Shown piece after piece: positions 14,462 to 27,350 of a stretch of 64,000 bases of DNA (position 1 is its first letter; each line of letters begins with the position of its first letter). This stretch comes from the human T2T-CHM13v2.0 reference genome, Homo sapiens, in NCBI RefSeq assembly GCF_009914755.1, contig NC_060932.1; one strand, 5' to 3'. A program made the translations under genes and the position numbers. Below the pieces are notes generated by a model. The model was not told the DNA's origin, made no database searches, and saw only the letters and a list, made by a program, of their open reading frames with translations.

Positions 14462-14577
14462 TGTGTTGTGCGGTTTGTCATTGCACTCCAATCTGTACCC
14501 TGGTGTGTTGTGCATTGTGCGGCTTCTCTGTGCGCTCCCATCTGTACCCAGGTGTGTTGTGCGGTTTGTCAGTGCAC
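14462..14577 (-). repeat. Inverted copy of 13680-13795
   Basis: Reverse complement aligns without gaps over 116 nt with 6 mismatches. Confidence 0.92.
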
Positions 14578-15800
14578 ATGCCAATGTCCCAACACCCTCC
14601 TGAGGAGCTTCCCCATAGACCACCTAGGCAGGTCCCGGACTCACCTCCCACCGGGAGCCCAGGCCCTGGGGCCACTGCCTGGGCTGAGAGCCCGACCCTC
14701 GGGGCTTTGCCACACGAAAGCCCCAGGCCTGGCGAGGCTCAGGGAGGCCGTTTCAACCGTGAAAACTTGGGTTTCTGCCCCACCCCAGCCCTGGCTGTTT
14801 GAGCCGTCATCCAACAGCGGGCTCCCACATCGACCAGGCTCCGATCCTGCCCCATCCACCCTCCATGCCTCACTTTTCTCCCATTTTCCTTGTCCTCCAC
14901 CATCATGACATCTCTTGGGGCAGTTATTTTTTGGAACTGCAGTAACTTGGGTCCAGTGTTCTCAGGGTGACACTGAGGTCATTCACTTCTGCAGAACTGC
15001 AGATGGGCGCTGGTGCCCACATCTGGCTGAGATGCTTCTCTCAGCTGACGCCCGCGGTCGCCCGCAGGTGCTGTGAGGTCTGCTGGGTTTCTCCCTGCCA
15101 AGCGACTCTCTTTCCTTCATAACCAACAAACACTGTGGAGGAGACACCGCGGGACCAGATCCTTTTCCTCCTCAATCTCACCCACTAATTCTGGCATCCG
15201 CTGGTGGGTCCTGGCGGTGGCAGACGTCGCTGTGGGCTCCTCAGTGGCTTTCCTTCCTCACTCCTTCCATGTTTATCACGTGGAATTTTGTACTGAAGTG
15301 CCCACACTTGCACATGTATTGAATTATTACCTTTGTGCTATTTAATACTTTAAGGACTCGTAGATGTTTCATTCGTTCCAAGGACCATCACCCTGTACTG
15401 TCCGGATATACTTTGTTGCTCAAATAGTCCCAGCACTGGCCACAGGGTCCACCGCAGTGTGGACCCAGCGCCCTCCAGCATGGACCTGGTGCCCTCCAGC
15501 CCACCCGGCCCTCCCATGAGCACACAAGGCCCTACAAGGTACCGCAGGCTCATCTTGTATTTTCTCTGCCTAGGCCTGGAACCAGCCCCTTCTCCAAGAA
15601 GACCAACATTTAGAAAGCAGAACGCGGCCCTAGACGTGCACCTTGCTCCTCTTGTCTTCTGAACACAAAATCTCATCATGTCAGTCCTTGAAAATCACCG
15701 ACTGCTCTGCACAAAAGAGGACTTGGAGGAAGAGGAATGTCCTGGACACCCTCAAAGACAAATGAGACCTCTGAGAGGCAAATGCAGGCCGCGCAGACAT

Positions 15801-15962
15801 ACCAACGGCAGGACGCCGAGGTGCCCACGAGGAAGGACGAGGAAACACACCTGCCCCACGCCAGCGTCACCCACGGACATGACCGATGGCAGAACGCTGA
15901 GGTACCCACGATGAAGGACGAGGACGCATGCTGGCACCGCGCCAGTGTCAGCCACAGACACA
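15801..15962. repeat. Diverged tandem duplication, ~80 bp x2
   Basis: ACCAACGGCAGGACGCCGAGGTGCCCACGAGGAAGGACGAGG recurs as ACCGATGGCAGAACGCTGAGGTACCCACGATGAAGGACGAGG. Confidence 0.8.
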
Positions 15963-18525
15963 CAGGATAACAAAGCTGATAACTGGGATAATCAGGATGC
16001 CAGGAAGAGCATGCAACTACTTAAGAATGCAGGAAAACAGGCTGCTTAAAAATCTTAAGCAAACAATACAATTTTAGTATACAATTTTAGTCCTTAACGT
16101 TTAAATCCCGAGTTTTCATATGGAGGGTGGGAGTGGGAAGAAGGCCGTAGGGATTTGGATGTGCTAATTCACGACGGTCAACACATAAAGGTCTGTACAG
16201 TTTACAGCCACGGGAAAGACAATGTCCCTTTTCAAATTCAAACTTGAGCACGGTCGTCAAAATAAACTAAAGCAAAAAGAAAACCTTTCAGCAGCCTAAG
16301 CTAAACTGGTTTAAGTATCATGAATCCCTATGGCTGAAGGGGCTCCATGTTGCATGGGTGTTCTAGAACCTAGTGAAGGAAAACGTCTTTCCCAGTGGCC
16401 CACACACTCCTGGAGGTCACCGTATCTGCTCCTTCGCTGGAATGAGCCTGAAGCCACTCTGACCCCTGCTACTTCTGGTAAGCCTTGTCACAGAAAAGAC
16501 GAGCACGTCCCGCACAATGCTTCACTCACAGGAGTTACAGCATGATTTTGATATTAAATATTGGCAAAGGCTGGTTTTGTGTCATATTATCCATGACCCA
16601 TGAATTACTCATAAAGTGTCCTGTAAACAGGCACAAAAACAGATGATCTCAAATAGATGTCAAAATGGATATCTCATTATAAAGCGGGAGATTTTTTCTT
16701 CAACAAGAATTATAATAAATTTTAACTCAGTTTAATACAAATATCCAGGTATCTAAAAATAACTTTGCTGACAAATAATATGTCTAAATATTTACAGCTG
16801 CTAAAATAGAAATAATAAAGTATTTTTTTAAAAATATAATTTTAACTTTTTAAAATCAGTTTTTAAAAGAGCAAAGTTTAAAATGCAAAATTGAATATTA
16901 ATAATTACTTTCCACCAGCTAATATTGCTGGCAGATTCACAGACGAGCTTCACTTCCTCCCAGCCCCAGAGATGAGAGCATGGAGGTTGGGGCTGGGAGA
17001 GACCTCACGGACACGGCGCCACTTGGGTTTAGCATCTGAGCTGACAAGCGCCGAGCGTGCGGCCCCCACACACCTGGCCCAGGCACTCAGGGCCTTTACC
17101 ACCAGTGCTCACACTGTTTATTTACACAGAAATAATCAGCTGTTTTAGACCAAAACCACACTGCATGGCACTGATGCCCTTGCTGGTTCTTGGAACCGTC
17201 AGAGGAATGACACAAGGACCCCACGGACTGCTGGTGGTTTCCTGCAGATATGGACACGATTCTGTAAACACAGCCTGTCTTCCAACGGGCCAGCTCTACT
17301 TCGCGACTAATACCAAAAGCAGAACATAAACGAAAGGTTTTTTCCCTCCAGAATAACCAGGACACAGTGAAGCATTTGTCATTTTTGGTTTGTTGAAATG
17401 CTCGTTTTTGATCCAATGTGTTTTTACCTAAGTGTGTGTACGCTTATGAGCTCTAGATAGAGGCTGACAAAAATCAAGTTAGAGGTTAAAAGCCTCTTTT
17501 CTGTTTAATTCACAATGTGTTGAAAACAAAAGGAACCCACAAAAACAGAGCTGGACCAGCTGGTGCAGCAGGAGCTCCCGGAGCCCCCGATGCTGCATGG
17601 CCCAAATGAAAATGCCTTGCAGTCACGACGACTCCGTGTCTGTCAGAAGCCTGAGGCTGGTTCCATTCTCCTTCCCACACCTCATCAACGTGCTCCCCTT
17701 CCAGCAGCAAGAGCAAGTTTTAACTTGAAACTCTAGTGCCCATCAAAAAGCAATCACCGGAAAATAAAAAGGCAGAGGACGGAGTGTTTAATGCCAATCG
17801 AAAAAAAAAACCTGCAGGAAAACAAATAAATGACGAAGCAGGCCAAGCAATCAGCACCGAGAAAAAGAGAGACACAACAACAAAAGGCCAAGGCCCAGAA
17901 AAAACACCCCGTCTGAAATTCACATGCCGCAACACCCAGCAGAAATGAGTCCCTTTCACAGGGGAATTAAGTCACTTCGGTATAATTCTCAGAAAGGACT
18001 GCTGCCTACACTTGCTATTTCAAATAAAAGACACAGCCAAATACCAATAAAATCTTTCAGTAAAGTGTTCTATGGAAATTACACACTTAGGAAAAACTGT
18101 AAATATATGTAGCTCACAAAGAAACAAAGTTTGACCACTGGAAGTGAACCTATTCAATTCTAAACTCTTCCTAAATGCAGTTGCTGAATTTAAAATCTAA
18201 CAGTTGGGTATGCGACTCCTGGTGCTGGAAGAGATTAAAATAATGATCATTCGTGATTCTCTAAAATTTCAAAACTTTTGCTATCACCCTTATAAACTGG
18301 TGTCTGTTGGAAAAGTGTGACTTTCAGAGAAAATACGTGTACAGCTTATTTGGGAATGTGAAGAATGAGATCAGTTCAAAAGGACCTATTTCAAAATGTG
18401 GCTGCTCAGGAGAAGCTGTAAAACCGATAGGACCACATGCTTACAGGAATTCATTAAAATAAGAGAGACCACAAATATTCACGAGTGACTTTACAATGTA
18501 AAGCCACTGCAGGAGAAAAACATAC

Positions 18526-18914
18526 TGACTTGGTTTGGATGTGTCCCCTCCAAATCCCATGGTGACATGTGAGCTCCAGTGTTGAAGGTGGGCCTACTGG
18601 GAGGTGTCTGGGCCATGGGGCAGATCCCGTGGGAATGGCTTGGTGCCCACCTCATGGTGATGAGCTCTTGGAGATCTGGGTACTTAAAAGGCCGGGACCT
18701 CCACCTTCTCCCGCTCTCCCTCCCTCACCATAGGACGCTGGCTCCCCTCTGCCTTCCCCAAGAGTGGAAGCTTCCCGACGGGGCCTCACCAGAAATGGGT
18801 GCTGGCGCCATGCTCCCTGTACAGCCTGCAGAACCGTGAGCCCAGCAAACCTCTTTTCTTTATAAATAACCCGGCCTCCGACATTCCTTTACAGCAATGC
18901 AGAACAGACTAACA
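18526..18914 (+). mobile_element. MaLR solo LTR (MSTA/MSTB-like)
   Basis: TG..TGGTTTGGATGTGTCCCCTCCAAATC...CAGCCTGCAGAACCGTGAG...CAGACTAACA. Confidence 0.85.
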
Positions 18915-19791
18915 CTCACAGAGAACAAAATCAGTTTATAACATTCCTTTTTAGTTTCCACTTAATAGACTTACAAACAGAAAAGTGATTAGATTTTCAA
19001 ACAAGAAATAATCATTAGTAGAAATTTCCACCATGGCCAGCTTGGAGGTGCTTGCTCCCTGCCTCCTTCACCTGTCATATTAGAGAAATCTCTCAAAACA
19101 TTTCCACTAAAACCACAAAACACACACAAACCACATTATTTCATCAGTTTAGAGAAAATACCAAATTCTGCTCTCTCAGTGAACAGCAGCTCTAGCTGAT
19201 CTCTTTTTCATCCTACATCTGCCTGTCTCATTGTAATAGGCATTTTAAATTTAACATTTATTAGGGTTATTGTATTTTCTGGAAATCTGATTGTTTCAAT
19301 TTTCTTTTTTCAGTAAAAACTAAGTTAAATGCCTGCTGAAAATATGCTGGCCCAGCCACAGCTTTCTTTAAAATGATAATCACTGTGGGATTTTTTTTTC
19401 ATTTTATCCCTATAATGAGGCAAGGTATTTAGCCTTTGACTATAATCTAGAAATAAAGGAATAAACTGGTAATAGAATTACATCACTTCACAAGAAAGAA
19501 AAGCTCAGTATGTTAATTCAATGAGTAGTAGATTCTTGAGGAGTTTCGTAACAGAATGACAAATGGAAAAATAATTGGCTAATACTTAAGCAGAAGTGGG
19601 CAAGCTTTCTGAAATATCAAAAAGAAAAAACAAAAAACAAGTGCTCGACACCAAACCAGAAATAATCCTCAAATGGGACATCACCAGAACCTCACGCCAT
19701 GACCGATCTGACATGGGATCCTCACGTAGGAGGTGAAAATACACCAAATGATCATTTTCTACTGGAACTCTAACCCTTCAACAAAGAAGAA

Positions 19792-19895
19792 AGCCGGGCA
19801 CCTGCAGGCCAGCTGCTCAGGATGCTGCGTCAGGAGGATTACTGGAGAACCAGCCCGGACAACATAGTGAGATCCGATCTCTACAAATAAAAAAG
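19792..19895 (+). mobile_element. Alu monomer (FLAM/FRAM-like) remnant
   Basis: ACCAGCCCGGACAACATAGTGAGATCCGATCTCTAC plus A-rich tail. Confidence 0.55.
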
Positions 19896-20611
19896 GAGAA
19901 GAAAGAAAATATTCCACGCAAACTTTGCCCAGAGTTTCTCCTTGTAGTTTTTTAACCAGCATTTGTCGTATCACGAAGCGTTCACAAACACCTTACCTTC
20001 ACGGGCGGCTGCAATAGTTTTCATTAAGCACTGGTAAACACACCCAGCGGGATGCGAGCAGCCCAGGGGCTTCCGGAGAGGCCGGCACTGCCCCGACGGG
20101 GGCGGGACCTCAGAGCAGCCCACTCAGTTCTCGGAGTCAGTTTCTCACCAAAACAAGGCTGGGCTAAAACACGCTGAGAGGTCATTGGGAAGGCCGTTCA
20201 GCAAGCTGCTTTATGAAAATCAGGAGACACCAGATAAACTACACCTTTTACTCCAATATTGTTATTTTTTCCACTTTCATTAAACATTGGCTTTTTCCTT
20301 AGATAGGTCCTGAATTCAGCCCAAAGAACTTGCAACCCATAAGGGATTCCACACCGACAAGCCCCGTGTTGTTTGCACGGGCAGGTTACGCTCACTGAGG
20401 AACGCTATCAAAGATGTGGAACCCAGAACCCGGGAAGCAGCTGTACCTCCTGCACCCACGCCGCCTGGCCCGGACCACGAGGGAGCCACGGCTGCCCCAT
20501 TGTGGCCTCCTGGACCCCACTTCTTCCCTGCGCCAGCCACGAAGGACCATGTGGTCCTTTTCGGGTGCTGTGGTTTCTCGTCCCACACCCTGACGCAGTG
20601 ATGCCTGCTCA

Positions 20612-20815
20612 CCTGCTGACCCCTCCGGCTTCTGTACCTGCTGTCCCCTCCGGCTTCCTGTCTGCTGTCCTCTCTGGCTTCTTGTCTGCTGTCCCCTCCA
20701 GCCTCCGTGCCTGCTGACCCCTCCGGCTTCCTGTCTGCTGTCCCCTCCGGCTTCCGTGCCTGCTGTCCCCTCCGGCTTCCGTGCCTGCTGTCCTCTCCGG
20801 CTTCCTGTCTGCTCT
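20612..20815. repeat. Minisatellite, 24/25-bp unit x~8
   Basis: CTGCTGTCCCCTCCGGCTTCC(G/T)TG repeats. Confidence 0.9.
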
Positions 20816-21834
20816 GTTCTCACAGGCACAAGGGTCCCCTACCTCCGTGTCTCCTGCACCCAGCGGACAGGACCAGCGGCAGTGACCAGCTTGTGACTCC
20901 ATCAGAACCTTGCATGTGATCGGTCACCTGGCTGGGTCCTCACGGTGCTGCCGCCCACTTTACAGATGAGCCACCTGAGCATTAGTAGAGTGAGCTCTGA
21001 GGCAGCAGCCCAGCAGGACTGACCTCGGTGGCCATCCCCATCGAGACCTAGGCCTGCTGTGCACTGAGGCGCCAGCCGTCAGGGATGGGCACATTGGGCA
21101 TCCACCACCTCCTCGGCCCACTTCCCTCTCCAGCTGTACACCAAGCACGACTCTCTCCCAACCTGCAAGCAGCCGAGACTGCAGCTGCCCCCATGTCTGA
21201 GCAGCTCCTGCAACCCTCCTCCAGCCGTCGCAGTACCGCATCTCTTCATCCCCACGTGCTCTGGCCTTGCCATCCCTGCACCTGCCCTTCCCTGCTGGGG
21301 CCGACCCTCACCCCCCAACCTCACCATGCACCAACACTCCCGCAGGACCTGGCTGGCACGGCGCCTCTTCCTTTGCCAGGATTCTCTAAACCTCCCTGTT
21401 CCATGAGGCTGATTCCTTCCTTCTTCTCTCCCCTCCTTCGTTCATTCATTCAGTCATTCACTTGGGAAGCGCTCCTGAGCACGTTGTCCTTCCTTGAAGA
21501 TGGGAAAAGAGGTGCCAACTCCTGTTCTGGAGGAAGGATTCTACCACATCTGAGTAGAAAATGTCAAAGCCACATGTGTCAATGAACACAGCCCCACTTC
21601 TCCTGCAGCACAGCAATGACTCCTGTCCAGTTCTGCACACAGTCCCACACACGGGGCCAGAATGAAAGTCGGCCCCAACAGAGTCACCAGGCACCCAACC
21701 AGACCAACGCCATGCTGTAAGAAGAAAAAGGGGCCTCTTTCCAATGGAAACAAATCTGAGCCAGCATCTTCAGCTCTGGGACTCCAAGGGAGAGGCAGGT
21801 ATCACAGGCAAGTTGCAGGGTACAGCTGGGAGAT

Positions 21835-22865
21835 GCACACACCACACAAGGACACACACAGACACGCATGTACAAACACGCCACACGCAGACACGTGTAT
21901 GCAGGCACACAACACACAGGCGCACATGCATACACAGGCGCACATGCATGCATAGACACACAGGAAAACACACAGACACACATGTACACCCATGCCACAG
22001 GCAGACACGTGTACACAGGCACACAACACACAGGTGCACACACATACACACACAGGCACACATGCATGCACATATACATAGGCAAACAGCCAGACACTCA
22101 TGTACACACACACCACACACAGACACGTGTACACAGGCACAAGACACACAGGCGCACACACATACACACACAGGCACACATGCATGCACATAGACACAGG
22201 TGAACACACAGACACACATGTACACAAGTGCCACACACAGACGTGTACACAGGCACATCATACACAGGCACACACATGTACACACACAGGCACACACAGG
22301 CAAACAGATATGCATGTACACGCACACCACACACAGACACATGTACACATACACACATACATGAACATGGACACATGGACACACACCACACATGCACAGA
22401 CACAGACACCACACAGGCACATACGTATGTACACAGATACACATGCACACACATGTACACACACATCCCAGACATGCATGTACACACAGACCACATGCAA
22501 AACACACATACATACACCACACAGGCACATACACATGCACACACGTACACATACACATACACACACGCACACCACACAGGCACACACATGCATGCACACA
22601 CATACACCACTCAGGCACATACACATGCACACACGTACACATACACATACACACACGCACACCACAAAGGCACACACATGCATGCACAGATACACACCAC
22701 ACACACCTGCACAGATGCACACAGACATGCATGCACACATACACCAGACACGTGTGCACAAAGGCATACACAGACACGTGCACACATAGGAACAGCGGCA
22801 CACATACATGCATGCACATTGACAATATGCACACACAAGCTCACAGACCCACACCTACACACAGA
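21835..22865. repeat. ~1-kb degenerate (CA)n/(TG)n tract with higher-order blocks
   Basis: Alternating purine-pyrimidine low-complexity sequence; 90-bp block duplicated at 22511 and 22601. Confidence 0.95.
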
Positions 22866-22907
22866 CATCTCTCCCGGACTACCAGAGCTGCAGGAACTGG
22901 CACCAGT

Positions 22908-22928
22908 GCCAGCACCGTGGACAGCGCC
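22908..22928 (+). promoter_or_regulatory. RE1/NRSE (REST-binding) element
   Basis: GCCAGCACCGTGGACAGCGCC versus consensus TTCAGCACCnnGGACAGCGCC; canonical 2-nt spacer, mismatches only at the two 5'-most positions. Confidence 0.7.
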
Positions 22929-25900
22929 AGCGATTCCTGGCGTGTGAAGTTGGGGCAATCCACTCCCTGAGGTGCAGGAGAAACCAGAAGATGACAGGGA
23001 GATGGTGAACAGGAAGTGTGACTGCTCACAGCAAGGCACTGGCAGCTCCAACTTCATCTGAGGAGTCTCAGGAAGACAGAGGCCGCCTGCCTGCTGCAGA
23101 CCCCTTGGCCCTGGAGGATGCACCTGCAAGGGCGAGTGAAGCTGTCCTGTGCGTGCAGCAGTCACAGCAAGAATGGATTCTTATTAAAAAGCATCCAAGC
23201 ATCCTGCGCTCCAGCACATGTTCCCCAGGCTGACACCAGGCTGGGTGCCTACCAGGAGGAGGCCTCTGGGACAGGGCTCTGTGGCCTTCCCTACAGAAGG
23301 CCCAGCCGGGCCAGCAAGGCCGGGCCAGCAGCATGGTGCCCTTGGAGCTCTCTCCTTGACGCGAGCGGCTGGCACCACTGGACCACCTTGATGGGAAACT
23401 GCAGGACAAGGAGTCAAAGGACTGGCCTCAGGGTGCAGTGAGACGAATGCAGGGGGCACTGTAGGGCAGGGACTCTGCTTAAATCCAGGGGCGCATCCTC
23501 CCACCACACACACAGCAGCAGGCGGTGAGGACAGGCCTCATGCAGGGAGACAGGGAGCGGCCGGACAGCCTGGCACTCCTCTGACTGCTCAGGGCTGGGC
23601 CCTGGGACGGGGCTCCCGCCTCCATGAGGCTGTGGTCCTCACCCCAGCATCTGAGGATCGCCTCTGCCAAGCAAACCCCACACAAGCTTTGCCTCCTCCG
23701 GAAATGTCCCTGAAGCACACATGGAGTCAGGGAGAGGGCCAGAGCCAAATCCCTCACAATGACCAACCACCAGGGAGGAGGCTCCGCCAGCCCAACAGCA
23801 AGACTCCGCCCAGGCAGCAGGGACACAGTAAGCGTTTCAGGAAGGAAGCAAGGAGCAAGTCCTGTATGGCTCTGCTCACCAACACGAGATGTCCTGACAG
23901 GCACTGGGAACCGTCCAGGGAGGAGGAGGCAGCAAGGCTCAACCTGGTCAACGCCAGATGCAGTCACTCCTTCCAGGAGTCACCCGGGCAGCTCCTAAGG
24001 TCCTCACCCATCGCAGCAGGCCCCTTCCTCGAGGAGCACGCAGTCCCTGGGAGATCTGTGACACTGGGGGCCTCCCCAGTCCACTGCAACCCCACTCCAG
24101 GCTCCCCTGACCGCTGGCTACCCTATATGCCAGAAACAGCCCGACCTGAGCTAGCACTTAATTACATGCCAGATATTCACCCAATCTCCCTGGGTAGAAT
24201 GGAGGCCATAGTGCCCTTCCCCTTCCTGGGACCCTCTTCAATTAGGAGAGCAGTTCATGGTCGGAGCTGCACAGCACCTCTCAGAGGCTTGCAAAGTAGG
24301 CCCAAGAAATATCCTCCGGTGCTATACTTACACTAGCATAACATAGAGCACATTTGAGGAATTTTTACTCAAGTGGTGCTGCTTCAAAGGCAATACATTC
24401 TTCTCATTAATCCTGCAGAGTTTTGCTACACATTGTTACAGGGAAACTGTCACATTAGCAGATTATATTGCCTAGCAGAAACAATCTACTTCCAGGAAAA
24501 AAAAAATGCTTAGAATCACTGTTTAGCCTGACTGCCAACCTTTCCACCTCATGTTTCTTGGTCTGTGCCAGGGCCAGGCAGGGGAGAGTATGGGCCCCTG
24601 GATGTGTCCTCTGTCAGCAAGCACTGCCCTAAACCCAAGCACAGCCTCAAAGCACAGCAGAGCTTCACTTAGCTCGGGGAGGGAGGGATACCGTGCCTGA
24701 TTCGCTGCCGCAGCCAGGGCCTGAGGGGCTCTGCCACACTCAGCAGATGCTCCGCCAACATCCGGCGGTGAATAAACGACGCCAAGTCAGTTCTGTGTGG
24801 GGTCTGCTCCAGGAGAGGCACACCTGCGTCTTGTGGCACCTGCCTCCTCTCCCACCATCAACAACAGCGCCCAACCCCCACCTGCAACCACCCCATGACC
24901 CTGAGCTGGACCTTGGGAAAACAGACATCCCTGCAAGGGGACACGCCAAGCTCCATCCCCTCCTCCTGCGGCACCTTCCCCTAACTTCACTCGTTGCAAG
25001 CCACGCAGAAGGGAAATGCTCTGAAGAAGACACACACTCCAGTTTCCTGCTCCATCAGGTCACAAATGCTGGGAAGTTTTATTCCAGCTAAATCCTCCCT
25101 TCAGTGCCTCTCAGAGCCTAAGTGCCACTCAGCCGATGGGCTCTTCAGGTGATCTTGAGGAAGACACACAGAAAACTAATATTTTCTTTCCCACCTACAT
25201 TTTATAAACTTTTGGGATTTATTAATCTATCCTTCCAACCACAATGTCCTTAAACAACGTAAATTTACTTGACCATTCTGTCACATATCCAATAGGAAAA
25301 AAAGGCTGTTTCGAGGGAAGGTGATTAGTGAATGACTAAAACAATTAACAGCTTTCATTCACTTTAATTTGGTGAATGGAGAAAGGTTTTTTTTTTAAGT
25401 TGATTAGGTACATTACAGATGCTATAATAATTTCTTGCATAGAGAAGAGCATTTATTCCAGGCTTAGAAGAGTGCAAACATTTGAAGGAATGTAAGAGAA
25501 GAGTGTGTTGTGGTTTAAAACAAGGAGAAAACCTGCAGTAGCAAGAAGCCCCCCACCAAGAAGGCAGGCACAGCTTTGCAGGCAGCTGACCGTCAGGTCT
25601 GCTCCTAAGAACCTCGACACTGAATTCACAGCCTGCCAGCCCTGCTTCCAGGAGAGGGTCATGAACAAGGTATTTCTGGTGCTCATTAACATACGTGAAT
25701 GTCCATTTTAGAGCCTAGCATGTGACTGCTTAAAAACTCTTAGGTCATTTTTAACCTGTGAGCTGATCAGGTGACAATTCCCTGGTCCTGAAGGAGAGGG
25801 GGAAGCCCACGTGCAGTGTGTCCCTGAAAAGGAAGACTTGAGACCATATTTTTCTCCACATTCTGCCTCACTGAGAAATTTTTTCTTTTTAAGCAATTGT

Positions 25901-26299
25901 TTTATAACTATAGTTTGCCATTATCTTTTCATTTCAAAGGGAAAAACATGATTATCAGTTTTAAACATAGAGAAGGAAAAAAATTCATCAGCGCCTGAAT
26001 TAATCCAAGTAACACGAGATTCATGTCAAAAACCGCCACTCTTTTCATTATGATGATGATTACACGGTGAGGGTAATGAGCTGGGGTTTGCAGGAAGCAG
26101 GAGCACGCTTTATTTTCTAACACTTCCGTTCTAAGGCACGGCCAGGTTAACCAATTCTATTTATTCTCCTCCTGTCTTTGGTACTAATGCTATCACAGAA
26201 TTTAATAAGCACTAGGATGCGCCCCACACCTTAGGTCCACTGAAGGTAAACACCATGACCTCCGTCTCTCAGATGAGGACACAGTGGCTCTGGGAGGTT

Positions 26300-27350
26300 C
26301 TGCTGTACTTTTCGGTGAGGCTGCCGGAGCCGGCTGCAGCCCCACCCCGGAGCCCTGGGCTAGGACCCCTCTGAAGAGCTGAGCGGCTCCTACTCACTCA
26401 CCAACAGGGGCTCTGCTAAGAATACGAATCCCTGGCTGGGCTCGCCTCCGCCCAGGACCCCAGACACCAGGTGGGGCCTGGCAGGGCCGGCCCGACCAGC
26501 AGCCATGCAAGCAACAACACGGGCGAGGGGTGGGCCGCGGTCCGGGGTAAGAGCGGGGGATGGGTAGGGACTGGGGTGGAGGTGGGGAGTCGGTCTGGGT
26601 TTGGGGTGGGGCCTGGAAAGGGGCCGGGGTCGGGGTCCCGAGTCAACACCGCGGTCTGAGCCGAGAGCCGGGTCTGGGGTCTGGGCAGGCCTCCGCACCG
26701 CACCCACCTACCGTGCTTCCTGTGCGCCGCCATGCGGGACCCTGCCGCGGACCTCAGACCACGGCGCGCGGTCCTGAGCTGAGCGCCGTGCCTTCCGGGT
26801 TCCGCCCTCCTGGGTCCGCCCACAACAGCAGGAATGCCCAATCCGAATACGGGACCCCGCCACGGGCGGTCAGTCAACTACATCACGGCCGTAGATTGGC
26901 TGATATCGAGTCTGTAGGCGTGTCGCGAGGCTCCAGACCCGCCTCTGGGAGCCCCGCTGTGGAGCATGCGCGGAGGGAGGGCTGCGGGGGCGGCGGTGCG
27001 GGCTCTTGGGGACCTGAGGACGCTGTGAGAGCGCTGGCGGCGACTGCTCTACGCGGTGGCGGAACTCTGGGGGCGAACGCTAGGGAGGGCGTTGTGGAGA
27101 AGAGGGGAACGGAGGGCCCCAGAGGAGAGGCGCCCACCCCCAACCCCACGGGTGCACCTGCGGATCCCCAGTCCCCGCTTCGCCCCCAGGCACCCGCCGG
27201 ACACAGGGAATGGCCAGGGCAGTGCCCCCGGCCCCAAGGCACCTGCAGGATACAGGGAGTGGCTAGGGCGGTGTCCCCGGTCCCCGGGCACCTGCGAGAC
27301 ACGGATAGTGGCCCTGGCTGTGACCCCAGCCCCCAGGCACCTGGAGGATA
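26300..27350 (-). promoter_or_regulatory. ERICH1: ERICH1 CpG-island promoter
   Basis: CpG-dense tract spanning exon 1. CCAAT on the minus strand (ATTGG 26895-26899), a second CCAAT on plus (~26839), NRF1-like GAGCATGCGC (~26962-26971) and GC boxes. No TATA box seen. Confidence 0.8.
26712..26733 (-). CDS. ERICH1: ERICH1 (glutamate-rich protein 1) coding exon 1, MAAHRKH + first base of V
   Basis: Minus-strand ATG at 26733-26731 reads ATG GCG GCG CAC AGG AAG CAC G, then donor GTAGGT (26711-26706). It lies in a CpG island, joins exon 2 in frame (phase 1) and matches the recalled ERICH1 N-terminus MAAHRKHVFVEKVLQRLF. Confidence 0.95.

Noticed and set aside
21684-23165. His/Thr- and Cys/Val-rich ORFs
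   Set aside because: Translations of the CA/TG low-complexity tract.
23632-24336. 234-aa plus-strand ORF
   Set aside because: Non-ATG start, antisense within an ERICH1 intron, GC-rich, no recognisable domain.
25300-26150. AT-rich unique sequence resembling a conserved enhancer
   Set aside because: Impression only; cannot be supported without alignments.
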